A stretch of 64,000 nt of DNA from Pseudomonadota bacterium (GCA_040389625.1 JAZJZQ010000084.1:31429-95428), one strand, 5' to 3'. Shown: positions 47,443 to 58,093, counted from the first letter of the stretch. The notes: generated from the sequence alone by a model not told the origin. Program-made: numbers and translations.

Positions 47443-49072
47443 GGTGCGGCGCCTGGAACAGGCGCACCAGGCCGACCAGCCGTCCCGCTTCGGCGCCGAG
47501 GACGGCGGCGGTATCGACCGAGGCGGCGCCCATGGCCGCGTTCTGCTGCGTCATCGCGTCCAGCTGGTTCAATACGGCGCCGATTTCCCGCAGGCTGGCG
47601 TTCTGCTCGATGGCGGCGCGGGAAATGTCGCTGACCAGCGCCGCCACGCTGTCGGTCATCGCCATCAGCGTGGCGGCATTGGCCGCCGCGTGCGCCACCT
47701 GCGCGCCGCTGGCGGCGATGCGGCTGTCGGCCTCACGGCTGAGATTGCCGATCTGGGTCGCGGCGCCGGCCGCGCGCTGGGCCAGCGTGCGGACCTCGGC
47801 CGCGACCACCGCGAAGCCGCGCCCATGTTCGCCGGCGCGCGCCGCCTCCACGGCGGCGTTGAGCGCCAGGATATTGGTCTGGAAGGCGATGCCGCTGATG
47901 ATGCCGACGATATCGTCGATCTTGCGGGTGGCCTGGCGGATGCCCTCCATGCCCACCGTGACCTGCGCCATGGCGCTGCCGCCGTCCTGGGCCTGGCGCC
48001 GCACGTTGTCGGTCTGGGTCTTTGCCAGTTGGGCCGCGTCGGCGCTGCGGGTCACCATGGCCGCCAGGTCGTGCATGGCGGCGGTGGTCTGGCGCAGTCC
48101 GGACGCGGCGTGCTCGGTGCGTTCGGACAGCTCGCGGCTGCTGACGGCGATGGCGCCGCTGGCGCCGGCGATGGCGTCGGACGAGGCGCCCAGGCCGCCG
48201 ACGATCTGGCGCAGCTTGTCCTGCATGGCGCCGATCGCGCCCAGCAGCCGCCCCAGTTCGTCCGCGCGCCGGACCTTGACCTCCGACGCCAGGTCGCCTC
48301 CCGCAATCGCCTCGGCCACCTGGGTCGCCTCGGCCACCGGCAGCGTGATGTTGCGGGCCAGGCCGAGCGCCAGCGGCACGCTGGCCGTGGTCACCAGCGC
48401 CAGGGCCGACAGCAGCAGGACGCGGGCCTGGCGGGCCTGCTCCCTGGTCTGCTGATAGGCCGCCTCGTTGCCGCGGGCGATATGGGTGACAATGGCGGCG
48501 ATGCGTGCCCGCCATTGCTGCTCGGCGCGCTCGGTCTGCAGCAGCAAGGCGAACGCCGCCTCGGCACCGGCGCCTTGCATCACCAGCTCCACTGCGCGCT
48601 CGTGCACCGGGGCGATCTCGGCGCGCACGGCGCGGATGGCGGCCAGCTGGCTGGCAAGTGTCGGTTCCGCTTCGCCCGCTTCCGGCGGCAGGGCCGCCAG
48701 CTGAGCCTCGGTGCGGTCATAGCCTGCCTTGGCTTGCCGCAGCAGCAGCGACTGGGCCTTCAAGTCTTCGGCGTCCGTCATCGGCAGCAGCGTGCGCTCC
48801 TGCATGCCGACGTCGAGCAGCGCCGTCTGCAGGCGGTGCGCCAGATCGGCACGGCGGGCGTCGCGTTCGACGATCCGCTGCAACTGGCCCGACGCCGATT
48901 GCAGGTGCCACAGCGCCAGCACCGTAGTGGCGCCGAACAGCAGCATCAGCGACCCCATGCCCAGCAACAGCCGGGGCCGCAGGCCCAGTTGGCGCCGCCG
49001 CGGCTGGCCTTGGGACGGTTGCGGCCGAAGCAGCGCCAAGGTCGAAGGCCGGCGCCAGCGTAGTAGTTTCAT
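47423..49072 (-). CDS. Methyl-accepting chemotaxis protein within the flavonoid cluster
   Basis: TM-4HB-TM-HAMP architecture and [30 protein letters not shown] signature. Confidence 0.93.
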   Translation of the reverse strand: MKLLRWRRPSTLALLRPQPSQGQPRRRQLGLRPRLLLGMGSLMLLFGATTVLALWHLQSASGQLQRIVERDARRADLAHRLQTALLDVGMQERTLLPMTDAEDLKAQSLLLRQAKAGYDRTEAQLAALPPEAGEAEPTLASQLAAIRAVRAEIAPVHERAVELVMQGAGAEAAFALLLQTERAEQQWRARIAAIVTHIARGNEAAYQQTREQARQARVLLLSALALVTTASVPLALGLARNITLPVAEATQVAEAIAGGDLASEVKVRRADELGRLLGAIGAMQDKLRQIVGGLGASSDAIAGASGAIAVSSRELSERTEHAASGLRQTTAAMHDLAAMVTRSADAAQLAKTQTDNVRRQAQDGGSAMAQVTVGMEGIRQATRKIDDIVGIISGIAFQTNILALNAAVEAARAGEHGRGFAVVAAEVRTLAQRAAGAATQIGNLSREADSRIAASGAQVAHAAANAATLMAMTDSVAALVSDISRAAIEQNASLREIGAVLNQLDAMTQQNAAMGAASVDTAAVLGAEAGRLVGLVRLFQAPHPSMAPI

Positions 49073-49090
49073 GTTGTCTCCCGCTTTTTT

Positions 49091-49444
49091 TTATAGTGTA
49101 TCGGCAGCCAGCCAGACTTCACCGGCAGCGCCGACGGTGACGGCCACCGGCGTTAGCGCCTGGCCCAGGCAAGGACCGCGCACGCAGGCCCCGCCGTCAA
49201 TCTCGAACAAGGCGCCGTGCGCGGCGCAGACGATGTGGCTGCGCTGCGCGTTCAGGTAGGCGTGCCGGCGCCACGCCATCGGAGTGTCGCCGTAGTGCGG
49301 GCACAGGTCGCGGTAGGCGTGCAAGCGCCCACCCTGGCGCACCACCAGCACGCTGTCCTGGCCGCCGCCCAGCGGGTCGAAGCCGCGCGCTTCGCCGTCG
49401 GGCAGATCGTCCAGGCGGCACAGCAGGATGTCGGGGGCCGGCAT
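49091..49444 (-). CDS. fdeD: Rieske 2Fe-2S ferredoxin (FdeD-like)
   Basis: CPH...CAAHGALF and GPCLG motifs. Confidence 0.85.
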   Translation of the reverse strand: MPAPDILLCRLDDLPDGEARGFDPLGGGQDSVLVVRQGGRLHAYRDLCPHYGDTPMAWRRHAYLNAQRSHIVCAAHGALFEIDGGACVRGPCLGQALTPVAVTVGAAGEVWLAADTL

Positions 49445-49454
49445 GGCGCGCCGC

Positions 49455-50417
49455 CTAGCGCCCGGCCGGTGGGCCGCCCGGCGCGCCCGGCGGCGGGCCG
49501 GACGGCGCCCACTTCTCGCGCGACTGGAACAGGAACAGTTGCGAGGCGTCGGCGCTCATCGGCACGCTGCGCGGCAGCCAGGCGGCGTCGTGCAGGTCCA
49601 TGTCGGCGTCATATTCGACGTGGCAGCCCAGCGGGCTGTTGAAGTACCAGAACCAGTTGGAGCCGAACTTGTGGCGGCCCGGGCCCCAGAACGACTGGTA
49701 GCCCTTGTCGACGAAGCGGGTGCCGGCCTGCATCAACTCGGTTGGCCCGCCCAGGTGGAAGGTGAAGTGCTCGACGCCCTGCATGAACGGCGGGGTCTGG
49801 ATCAAGAACAGGGTGTGGTGGTCCAGCGTGCCGGCCGGCTGCAGGAAGGGGCCGGCGCCGCCCAGGCGGTCGGTGCAGCGAAAGCCGAGGCGCTCGACGT
49901 AGAACGCTTCCGCCTTGACGGCATCGGGCACGAAGTAGACCACGTGCGACAGCGTGCGCGGCCGGCACACGGCCTGTTCATCCACCGCCACCACGTTGGC
50001 GCCGCGCTGCGCCGGGGCGCCGGGGGCGTTGATGGTTTCGGCCGGCAGCGCGATGGCGCGCCGCACCGTGACCTGGAAGCCCAGCGCGAAGCCCATGTCG
50101 TCGGTGGTGTCGATCGAGCCGTCCGGCAGGCGGCGCACGTCGCGGTCCTTGCCCAGTTCCTCGGCGATGGCGTCCAAAGTGGGGCGGTCGGCCACGCCGT
50201 AGATGGTCTTGCGCAGCATGGTGCGCGTCGGCAACGGCGGCGGCAGCGTGGCGTCGTCCTGGTGGGCGATGACGATGGCGGTGCCGTCGAGCGCTTCGAA
50301 GCGGCCGCCGGCGGCGCTCGCGCCCACCGGCGTCAGGCCGTAATCCGTCAGGTACTGGCTGCAGGCGGCGACGTCGTCGACGCCGAAAACGAGTGCATCT
50401 GGTCCGATAATATTCAT
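49455..50417 (-). CDS. fdeC: VOC extradiol ring-cleavage dioxygenase (FdeC-like)
   Basis: LSHVVYF, DHHTLF, EHFTFH and WGPGRHKFGSNWFWYFNSPLGCHVEY motifs. Confidence 0.8.
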   Translation of the reverse strand: MNIIGPDALVFGVDDVAACSQYLTDYGLTPVGASAAGGRFEALDGTAIVIAHQDDATLPPPLPTRTMLRKTIYGVADRPTLDAIAEELGKDRDVRRLPDGSIDTTDDMGFALGFQVTVRRAIALPAETINAPGAPAQRGANVVAVDEQAVCRPRTLSHVVYFVPDAVKAEAFYVERLGFRCTDRLGGAGPFLQPAGTLDHHTLFLIQTPPFMQGVEHFTFHLGGPTELMQAGTRFVDKGYQSFWGPGRHKFGSNWFWYFNSPLGCHVEYDADMDLHDAAWLPRSVPMSADASQLFLFQSREKWAPSGPPPGAPGGPPAGR

Positions 50418-50435
50418 GTTTTTTTCCTTGTTGGC

Positions 50436-51596
50436 TTAGAGGGAGACACGGCCGCCCAGGGTCTCGGCGACCCAGTCGGCGATATAGGCGCCGGCATTGG
50501 CGGAATTGTCGAAGCTCGAGTGCTGCACGCCGCCTTCGCGTTCGGTGAAGATCTTCAGCTCGCGTTTGGGGCTGTTGACCAGCTGTTCGTAGGTGCGCTC
50601 GGCCCAGTGCAGCGGGATCTGGGCATCCTTGCTGCCGTGGGTGACCAGGAACGGCACCTTGATGCGCTCGACCACGCCGTCCAGGTGCACGTTCTGCGCG
50701 ATCTGCATGAATTCATCCATGTCCCGGGCGCCCCACACCCACTGCACGTGCTGCCAGTAGTGCGGTACCGGGAAGCTGCCTTCCTTCTGCAGACGCTTCA
50801 TCTGCACGTCGCGCCAGTCGTGGTTGGCGCCCCACACCACGCCACAGGCGAAGCGCCGTTCGAAGGCGACCGCGCGCGGGCAGTAGTAGCCGCCCAGCGA
50901 CACGCCTTCGCAGCCGATGCGCGCGGGGTCGACGTCGGCGCGCGTTTCGAGCCAGTCGACCACCTTGCTGGCCCACACTTCGCTGTTGTGGACGGCCGGC
51001 ATGCCGTGCAGGCGCAGGGCTTCGCCGGTGCCCGGCTGGTCGATGATCAGCGAGGACACGCCGCGCTGCGCCAGCCAGCGCGGCAGGCCGACGCGGTATT
51101 TCATCTCCTTGGTCGAATCGAGGCCGTTCACCTGCACCAGCAGTGGCGCGCGGCCGGCGACGCCCTCGGCGCGCACGTACAGGCCGGCGATGTGGGCGTC
51201 GCCATAGGGAATCTCGACCCGTCCGCAGTTCTCGCCGGCCAGCGCGATGCCCTTGGCAAACACGTCCAGGAAGCGCCGGTACAGCGCGACGCGGCCCTCG
51301 GCGCCGTGGGCCTGCAGCCGTTCGGCGGTCAGGTAGTAGGTGGCGGCGCGGCCGTACTTGTCGCCGGCCGAGATCAGGCGGCCGCGCGCCTCGTCCTCCT
51401 GGGCCAGCTCGCACAGCTTGTCGGCCATGCGCACCCAGGTGGTGCGGAACGCTTGCGTGCCGGCGGCGTCGGGCTGCTTGGCGGCCTCCTGCAGCGGCGC
51501 GCACATCTCCTGGATCTCGCCCATTTTTGCGCCCATCTCGATGGCGAGATTGACCGAGAGATCCCAGACGTAGTTGGTGGGGAAGTAGCGAAACAT
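50436..51596 (-). CDS. fdeA: Alpha/beta hydrolase, 2,6-dihydroxy-pseudooxynicotine-hydrolase-like (FdeA-like)
   Basis: NGLDSTKE, DQPGTGEA, nucleophile GVSLGGYY and EGGVQH motifs. Confidence 0.8.
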   Translation of the reverse strand: MFRYFPTNYVWDLSVNLAIEMGAKMGEIQEMCAPLQEAAKQPDAAGTQAFRTTWVRMADKLCELAQEDEARGRLISAGDKYGRAATYYLTAERLQAHGAEGRVALYRRFLDVFAKGIALAGENCGRVEIPYGDAHIAGLYVRAEGVAGRAPLLVQVNGLDSTKEMKYRVGLPRWLAQRGVSSLIIDQPGTGEALRLHGMPAVHNSEVWASKVVDWLETRADVDPARIGCEGVSLGGYYCPRAVAFERRFACGVVWGANHDWRDVQMKRLQKEGSFPVPHYWQHVQWVWGARDMDEFMQIAQNVHLDGVVERIKVPFLVTHGSKDAQIPLHWAERTYEQLVNSPKRELKIFTEREGGVQHSSFDNSANAGAYIADWVAETLGGRVSL

Positions 51597-51611
51597 GGAT
51601 GCTCCTTGTGG

Positions 51612-53972
51612 TTAAATCGTTTTGGCTGCCGGCTTGAGCAGGAAGTGGGACAGGGCCGGCACCAGGATCAGCGCGCCGAGCATATTCCACAGGAACATGA
51701 AGCCCAGCAGCAGGCCCATATCGGCCTGGAACTTGATCGGGCTGAAGGTCCAGGTGATGACGCCGATGGCCAGCGTGACGCCGGTCAGCATCACCACCTT
51801 GCCGGTAAACAGCAGCGCGCGGTAATAGGCGGCCGACAGGCTGGCGCCCTGGCGCAACTGCGACAGCGTGATGCTGAGGATGTACAGCGCGTAGTCGACG
51901 CCGATGCCGACGCCGAGCGCGATCACGGGCAGCGTGGCGACCTTGACGCCCATGCCGAACAGCACCATCAGCGCCTCGGCCAGCACCGAGGTCAGCATCA
52001 GCGGCAGCACTGCCACCAGCACCGCGCGCCAGGAGCGGAAGGTGATGAAGCACAGCAGCACCACCGCCGCATACACCAGCAGCAGCATGCGGCGCCAGGC
52101 CTGGTGCACCACGATATTGGTGGCGGCCTCGATGCCGGCCGATCCGGCCGCCAGCTGGAAGCGCACGTCCTTGCTGTCGTTGGCGGCGGCGAACGCTTCG
52201 ACGTGGGCCACCACGCGCGCCAGCGTGTCGGCCTTGTGGTCGCGCAGGTAGGCGTACACCGTCAGCAGGTTGCAGCTGTCGTTGTACAGGCCGCGCGGGG
52301 CGCCGGCGGTGACGGTGTTGAGCATGTCCTGGTTGGGCAGGAACTCATACCATTTCGGGTTGCCTTCATTCAGGCCCACCAGCACGCGGCGGTTCAGCAG
52401 CGCCAGGCTGTTGCTGCTCTCGACGCCGTCGATCTGGCGCAGCTGCCATTCCAGCGCGTCGATCTTGTTGAGCGTGTCGTATTGCGCGCACTGGCCGTCC
52501 GGGGTCTTGACCATGACCGCCAGCACGTCGCTGGAGGCGCCGTAGGCGGCCGACAGGGCGGCCACGTCGCGGTTGTAGCGGCTGTCGGCGCGCAGTTCCG
52601 GCGCCCCCGGATCGAGGTCGCCGATCTTCAGCCTGGTGCTGAGCGCATAGCCGCCGGCGGCCAGCAGCAGCGCCGCCACGATGGCGCCGCTCGCCCAGCG
52701 GCGGCCCGTGAAACGGTCCAGCAGTGCCCACAGCGGGTGGCGCGCCTGGCCGGACGCCTCGGCCGCCTCGGCGCGCAGGCTGCGGGCCGCGGCGTCGGCG
52801 CTGACGCCGGTGTAACTGAGCAGGATGGGCAGCAGGATCAGGTTGGTGAAGATCAGCATACCCACGCCCAGCGAGGCGGCCACCGCCAGTTCGCGGATCA
52901 CGGCGATGTCGATCGCCGACAGCACCGCGAAGCCGACGGCGTCGGCCAGCAGCGCCGTCAGGCCGGCCAGGAACAGGCGGCGGAAGGTGTAGCGCGCCGC
53001 CACCAGCTTGTGCATGCCGCGCCCGACGTCCTGCATGATGCCGTTCATCTTCTGGGCGCCGTGGCTCATGCCGATGGCGAACACCAGGAACGGCACCAGG
53101 ATGGAGTAGGGGTCGAGCGCGTAGCCCAGCAGCGGCAGCAGGCCGAGCTGCCACACCACCGCCACCAGCGAGGCCAGCACCACCAGCGCGGTCGAGCGCG
53201 TGCAGCGCGTGTACCAGTAGACCATGGCGGTGGCGATGGCGACGGCGATGGCGAAGAACAGCAGCACCACGCGCACGCCGGCGATCAGGTCGCCCACCAG
53301 CTTGGCGAAGCCGGTGATGTGGATGCGCACCCCCTGGCGCTCGTATTTGGCGCGCAGCGCTTCGAGCCGCTGGGCGAACTGGCCGTAGTCGAGCGCCTTG
53401 CCGTCGCCGTCGCGCGCCAGCAGCGGCACGTAGACGACGCTGGACCTGGCATCGAAGGCCACCAGCTGGCCGATCTCGCCGGAGCGGGCGATGTTGGCCT
53501 GCAGCTGCGCCAGGCTGGCGGCGCCGCCATCGTAGCCGTCCGGGATCACCGGGCCGCCTTCAAGGCCGTCCTCGGTCACGCCGACCCAGCGCGTGCCGGG
53601 CGTCCACAGGGACTTCATCTGGTTGCGTGCCACGCCGGGCAGCAGGAACACTTCCTCGCTCAGTTGGCGCAGGGTGTCGAGGTAGGCCCGGTCGTAGATG
53701 CTGCCGCGCGGATTATCGACCGCGATGCGTACCGCGTTGCCCAGCCCCGTCAACTCGGCCTGGTTGGCCAGGTAGTTCTCGATGTAGGGATGATGGGCCG
53801 GGATGGTTTTCTCGAAGCTGGCGTTGATGCTCAGCCTGGTGGCCTGCCAGCCCAGCACGAGGGTGACCAGCGCGCAGGCGATCATCACCAGCAGGCGGTG
53901 GTTGAACAGCAGCCGTTCGATCAGGGACCCGGAACTGCGGTCGAACCGCGTCAAGTCTTCGGACATATTCAT
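51612..53972 (-). CDS. RND/MMPL family inner-membrane transporter
   Basis: Two repeats with FAIGMSHGAQ and LGVGIGVDYALY; SPIKFQADMG; typical partner of YCF48/DUF1329. Confidence 0.9.
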   Translation of the reverse strand: MNMSEDLTRFDRSSGSLIERLLFNHRLLVMIACALVTLVLGWQATRLSINASFEKTIPAHHPYIENYLANQAELTGLGNAVRIAVDNPRGSIYDRAYLDTLRQLSEEVFLLPGVARNQMKSLWTPGTRWVGVTEDGLEGGPVIPDGYDGGAASLAQLQANIARSGEIGQLVAFDARSSVVYVPLLARDGDGKALDYGQFAQRLEALRAKYERQGVRIHITGFAKLVGDLIAGVRVVLLFFAIAVAIATAMVYWYTRCTRSTALVVLASLVAVVWQLGLLPLLGYALDPYSILVPFLVFAIGMSHGAQKMNGIMQDVGRGMHKLVAARYTFRRLFLAGLTALLADAVGFAVLSAIDIAVIRELAVAASLGVGMLIFTNLILLPILLSYTGVSADAAARSLRAEAAEASGQARHPLWALLDRFTGRRWASGAIVAALLLAAGGYALSTRLKIGDLDPGAPELRADSRYNRDVAALSAAYGASSDVLAVMVKTPDGQCAQYDTLNKIDALEWQLRQIDGVESSNSLALLNRRVLVGLNEGNPKWYEFLPNQDMLNTVTAGAPRGLYNDSCNLLTVYAYLRDHKADTLARVVAHVEAFAAANDSKDVRFQLAAGSAGIEAATNIVVHQAWRRMLLLVYAAVVLLCFITFRSWRAVLVAVLPLMLTSVLAEALMVLFGMGVKVATLPVIALGVGIGVDYALYILSITLSQLRQGASLSAAYYRALLFTGKVVMLTGVTLAIGVITWTFSPIKFQADMGLLLGFMFLWNMLGALILVPALSHFLLKPAAKTI

Positions 53973-55075
53973 GGTTTGCCTCCCGCGGACGGCGCCGCCA
54001 CCGGCACCATGCCCTGCAGCGTCAGCGCCAGCAGCTGGCCGTTATTGAGTTCGAGCACGCCGTTCAGCGGCGGCAGCGGATGGGCGGCGGCGGTCGGCAC
54101 CAGTGCCCGGTCGCGCATGGTCAGCAGCAGGCCGGCCTGGTTGGCAAACAGCAGCGAGCCGTCGGCACGCACCACCGAGGCCGTGATGGACACCGGCATC
54201 GGCGCGGCCAGTTGCTGCCAGCTGCGGCCGCCGTCGGCCGAGCGCCAGGCGTTGCCGCGCAGGCCGGCCAGCACCAGTTCATCGTGGCCGGCCGGCGGCA
54301 GTTCGGCGGTGAAGAAGCTGCCCTGGTAGGGCACGTCCAGGCGCCGGAAGGTGCGCCCGCCGTCGCCCGACAGCAGCGCCAGTCCGCGCTCGCCGCCGAT
54401 CAGGATGGTGTCGCCGCGCCGGCGCACCGCGTTCAGGTGCAAGCCCTTGGGATTGTCGATGCGGTCCATCCACGAGCGCCAGGTCTGGCCGCCGTCGTCG
54501 CTGCCGAAGGCCAGGCCGTAGGCGCCCACCGCCAGCAAGCGGCCGTCCCCGAGCAGGCAGACGTCCAGCAGCGGCTTGTCGGCGCCGTCGGCCGCCAGCC
54601 GTTCGGCGTCGCGTAGCGCGGCGGCGTCGTTGCGGGCCTTGGCCGCCGCCAGCGCCAGCGCGGCGATGCGCTGGCCGTCCAGCACGGCCCGCCAGTGGGC
54701 GCCGCCGTCGGCGCTGGTCAACACCACTCCGGCATGGCCGACCGCGACGCCGTGCCGGGCGTCCGCGAAGCGCACCGCCGTCAGTGTCACGCTGGTCGGC
54801 ACGGCGGCCTGGCGCCAGTGCTGGCCGCTGTCGTCGCTGAGCACGATGAGGCCGCGTTCGCCGACCGCGACGATGCGCGTGCCGGCCAGGGCCGCGCCCA
54901 GCATCACCGACTGCGCGGCGGTGCGCGACGCCACGGCAGGCCGCAGCCGGGCCGCCGTCACCGCGTCCGGCGCCGGCGCGTCCGGCAGGTCGGCGCCGGC
55001 GGCCCATACGGGCGCCGCGCCCAGCGCCAGTGCGCAATACCATGCGCACTCCATCAGGTACGTTTTCATCGACAT
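53969..55075 (-). CDS. YCF48-related BNR/beta-propeller protein
   Basis: Repeated S.D.G..W (BNR) motifs, AVGERG and AVGHAG; start codon overlaps the upstream stop (TGATG). Confidence 0.88.
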   Translation of the reverse strand: MSMKTYLMECAWYCALALGAAPVWAAGADLPDAPAPDAVTAARLRPAVASRTAAQSVMLGAALAGTRIVAVGERGLIVLSDDSGQHWRQAAVPTSVTLTAVRFADARHGVAVGHAGVVLTSADGGAHWRAVLDGQRIAALALAAAKARNDAAALRDAERLAADGADKPLLDVCLLGDGRLLAVGAYGLAFGSDDGGQTWRSWMDRIDNPKGLHLNAVRRRGDTILIGGERGLALLSGDGGRTFRRLDVPYQGSFFTAELPPAGHDELVLAGLRGNAWRSADGGRSWQQLAAPMPVSITASVVRADGSLLFANQAGLLLTMRDRALVPTAAAHPLPPLNGVLELNNGQLLALTLQGMVPVAAPSAGGKP

Positions 55076-56433
55076 CAGCGCGCACCTTCGCCGGCCATGG
55101 CGTCCGGCGTGAAGACGCTGTCCTGGTAGCGCGGCTTGAGCGGGTATTGCGCCGTCTTCGAGGTGTACAGGTCGCCCACGAAGCCGGTGCCGGAGACCAG
55201 GTCGGTGAAGCCGAAGGCGCCGATCACGGTGCCCGGCAGGTCCGGCGCGACGAAGGTCTGCGACCACAGCGTCTTCCACAACTGGCCGTTCGCGTCCCAG
55301 CGGTCGCCCAGCACGCAGTTCCAGGTATCTTCGTCGCAGTAGTAGCGGCTCCTGGGCGCCTGGTGGCGCTGGCCGGCGCGCAGCGTGGCCTCGACCACCC
55401 ACACGCGGTGCCGTTCCCAGCGCACATGGTCGGGATTGAGGTAAGCCTTGCCGATCACTTCGGCATCGGTCCTCGGTTGCAGCAGCTTGTTGCCGTTATA
55501 GGGGATCAGCAGTTCCTGCTTGCCCAGCAGCTTCCAGTCGAAACGGTCGGTGCGCCCGGTCCAGGTCGCGATCTCGTCGAAACTCATCACGCCGGCCGTC
55601 GAGGGCGTGGGCGTGTCGCAGCACGGGTTCGGCAGCTTGCGCACGCGGCGCTGGCCGGTCAGGTAGACCCAGGCCTGGTCCTTGCTCGGATCGATGCTGT
55701 CGCGGCCGACGATGGCCTCGCCGGCGCGGATCGGCGGACCGGAATTGATCAGGCGGATCAGCCAGAACTCGTTGGCCTTGGTGAACTGCTCCAGCGAGCC
55801 TTCCTGGAAGTAGTACGGCATCTGCAGATCGGCCGTGCCGCTGGTGGTCAGCACGGCCTTGCCGTCGGCGGTCAGCTGGTATTGGTTGAGCGGGGTCTGC
55901 CATGACGTACCGCGCCAGCGCAGCAGATGGTTCCACATCACCTCGGCGCCGCTCTTGGGGATGGGGAAGGGCACGCCGCCATAGGCGCCGCTGACCACGT
56001 CGCTGGCCAGCTTGGCGTGGGTGGCGTTCTTGAACGTGTTGTCATACACCCAGCGCGGGGCGGCGGCCGTGCGGTGGGTCGGGTACACGTCGAGCCGGTA
56101 CTCCGGGTATTTCTTCAGCATGGCCCTGGTGCCGTCGCTCAGCAGCGCGGCATACTGGTCGGCGTTTTTCGCCGTGACGACGTACACCGGCTTCTCGTCC
56201 TTGAACGGATCGCCGCGGCGTCCGCCCGGCTTGTCGCCGGGGATGGGCGTGGTGTAGCCCCCGGTCCAGGCGGGGATGCTGCCGTCCTTGTTGCCGGCCT
56301 TTTCGGCGCCCAGCGGCGTCAGTTCGGACTTCAGCTTGGCCGCTTCGTCGGACGAGACGGCGGCGGCGGCGGGCAGCGACGCGGCCAGCGTGGCCAGCGC
56401 CGCCAGGGCGGATATCAGGCGTGGGTGTTTCAT
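55075..56433 (-). CDS. DUF1329 periplasmic protein (LolA-like fold)
   Basis: LTPLGAEKAGNKDGSIPAWTGG, GQRRVRKLP, IPYN and RWERHRVWVVEATLR motifs. Confidence 0.9.
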   Translation of the reverse strand: MKHPRLISALAALATLAASLPAAAAVSSDEAAKLKSELTPLGAEKAGNKDGSIPAWTGGYTTPIPGDKPGGRRGDPFKDEKPVYVVTAKNADQYAALLSDGTRAMLKKYPEYRLDVYPTHRTAAAPRWVYDNTFKNATHAKLASDVVSGAYGGVPFPIPKSGAEVMWNHLLRWRGTSWQTPLNQYQLTADGKAVLTTSGTADLQMPYYFQEGSLEQFTKANEFWLIRLINSGPPIRAGEAIVGRDSIDPSKDQAWVYLTGQRRVRKLPNPCCDTPTPSTAGVMSFDEIATWTGRTDRFDWKLLGKQELLIPYNGNKLLQPRTDAEVIGKAYLNPDHVRWERHRVWVVEATLRAGQRHQAPRSRYYCDEDTWNCVLGDRWDANGQLWKTLWSQTFVAPDLPGTVIGAFGFTDLVSGTGFVGDLYTSKTAQYPLKPRYQDSVFTPDAMAGEGAR

Positions 56434-56452
56434 GGGGTCTCCTGTGTGGTCA

Positions 56453-58093
56453 TTAGAAGGTGCGGCGCAACGACAGCGCGAGATAGTCGCGGTCCGCCAG
56501 CGCGTTGCCGCTGCTGTAGACCGGGGCGCCGTTGGTCAGCAGCGGGCTGAAATTGACAAACGGTTCGGCCTTGCCCAGGTATTTGTTGTAACTGATGGAG
56601 AATTGCCACACGCCCTGATAGGTCCCCTCCACGCCCAGCGTGGCGGTGCCGCTGTGCTTGGCGCCCCAACCGAGGCCGGTGACCGAGGAATTGCCGTCGA
56701 CGATGTAGCGCAGCCCGAGCGGCACGTTCAGGTCCAGGCCGGCCAGCGCCTGGCGGTAGCTCGGCGTGAAGATCACTTGCAGCGCGGTGGCATCGCGCGT
56801 GCGCAGCGCGTCCATGGTGTGGAATGGATCGTCCAGCGACAACACGCGGTTCCAGGCCAGTTCGCCGATCAGCGACGTTTCGCGCGCCAGCCAGTTGGGG
56901 CTCAGGGTGCTGAGCCAGGACAGGTTGGCGTGCGCGGTGTGGCCCCTGGCATAGGCCGGCGCCGGCTGCACGTTCGGATAGACCACGTTCTGGTTCGTCA
57001 GCGGCATGTTGTTGCGGACCGAGGCCTCCAGCGCCAGGCTGCTATTGCCGATCGCGTGGGTGGCGCTGACGCCCCAGGTGGTGATGGCCTCGGGGAAGAT
57101 GTAGTACCAGCTGCCCGGCGCGGCGCTGGTGACGTTCAGCTGCGAATAGAACTGGCCGGCCTTGTCGTGGTAGCGCGCGGCGTAGAAGCCGAGGTCCGTT
57201 TCGTCGAGGCGCCACTTGAGCTGGGCGCCGAACTGGCCGCCGTTGGACGGACGCCGCGCTTCGCCCGGCAGCAGCACGCTGCCGTTGACGAATTCCGGCA
57301 GCGTCGAGCCGCCCCAGATGTTGTTGGACGTATTGAAGTAGCTGCCGGCCGGCGCCATGCGGTCGGCCTCCCAGCGGAACTGGTAGTAGGCGCCCAGGCT
57401 CAGGTCCGGGCTCAACTGCAGCTGGCCGGAGACCTGCGGCACCGGCCGGATGATCTCCTTGAACTGGGCATTGGGCGAGGACTGCAGCTTCATCACGTCG
57501 ATCGGCCCTTGCGCGCGGGCGATGCCGTTATCGCCGAAGAACAGCGTCTCGCCGTACACCAGCGCGTGCTGGCCCAGGCGCACGTTCAACTTGTGGCCCG
57601 GGCTCAGCTCCCAGCCGCCGAAGACGAAGGCGTCCAGCACCTCGGCCTTGCGGCCGGCCAGCTTGCGGGTGGCGTCGGGCATGGCGTTGTAGGGCGCCTG
57701 GCCGTTCAGGGTGTCGATGGCGTCGGTGCTGCCGCCGTAGGCCTGGTCGTACCAGGCGGCGCCGCTCAGGCGCAGGCCGAAGTCCCGGCGGTAGACGGCA
57801 TCGAATTCGCTCAGCAGGTCGACCCGCTTGGAGACCCAGCCCCGGTTGCGAAAGTTGTCGTCGCCGGCGTTGAAGTTCAGCGCCTGCGGAAAGGCCGATG
57901 CCGGCACGCCCGGCACCAGCAGGCGGGTGCTGTCGGCCAGCAGCGGATCGGCGTCGTGCAGACGGTATAGCGCGCTGGCCTTGACGGTGTTGTCGAAGCG
58001 GATGCTCCAGTCGGGGTTGGCCAGCTCGATTTCGGCGGCGTGGCCGGCGCCGGCGGCCAGGGCGGCCGCCAGCACGGTCAGGGATTTGTTCAT
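56453..58093 (-). CDS. DUF1302 outer-membrane beta-barrel
   Basis: Signal peptide, FDNTVK, GDDNF, EVLDAF and KEIIRP; ends DRDYLALSLRRTF. Confidence 0.88.
   Translation of the reverse strand: MNKSLTVLAAALAAGAGHAAEIELANPDWSIRFDNTVKASALYRLHDADPLLADSTRLLVPGVPASAFPQALNFNAGDDNFRNRGWVSKRVDLLSEFDAVYRRDFGLRLSGAAWYDQAYGGSTDAIDTLNGQAPYNAMPDATRKLAGRKAEVLDAFVFGGWELSPGHKLNVRLGQHALVYGETLFFGDNGIARAQGPIDVMKLQSSPNAQFKEIIRPVPQVSGQLQLSPDLSLGAYYQFRWEADRMAPAGSYFNTSNNIWGGSTLPEFVNGSVLLPGEARRPSNGGQFGAQLKWRLDETDLGFYAARYHDKAGQFYSQLNVTSAAPGSWYYIFPEAITTWGVSATHAIGNSSLALEASVRNNMPLTNQNVVYPNVQPAPAYARGHTAHANLSWLSTLSPNWLARETSLIGELAWNRVLSLDDPFHTMDALRTRDATALQVIFTPSYRQALAGLDLNVPLGLRYIVDGNSSVTGLGWGAKHSGTATLGVEGTYQGVWQFSISYNKYLGKAEPFVNFSPLLTNGAPVYSSGNALADRDYLALSLRRTF

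Noticed and set aside
49428-54329. 1633-aa plus-strand ORF
   Set aside because: Antisense shadow of several well-supported minus-strand genes; Arg/Gly/Ala-rich with no motifs, a typical high-GC artefact
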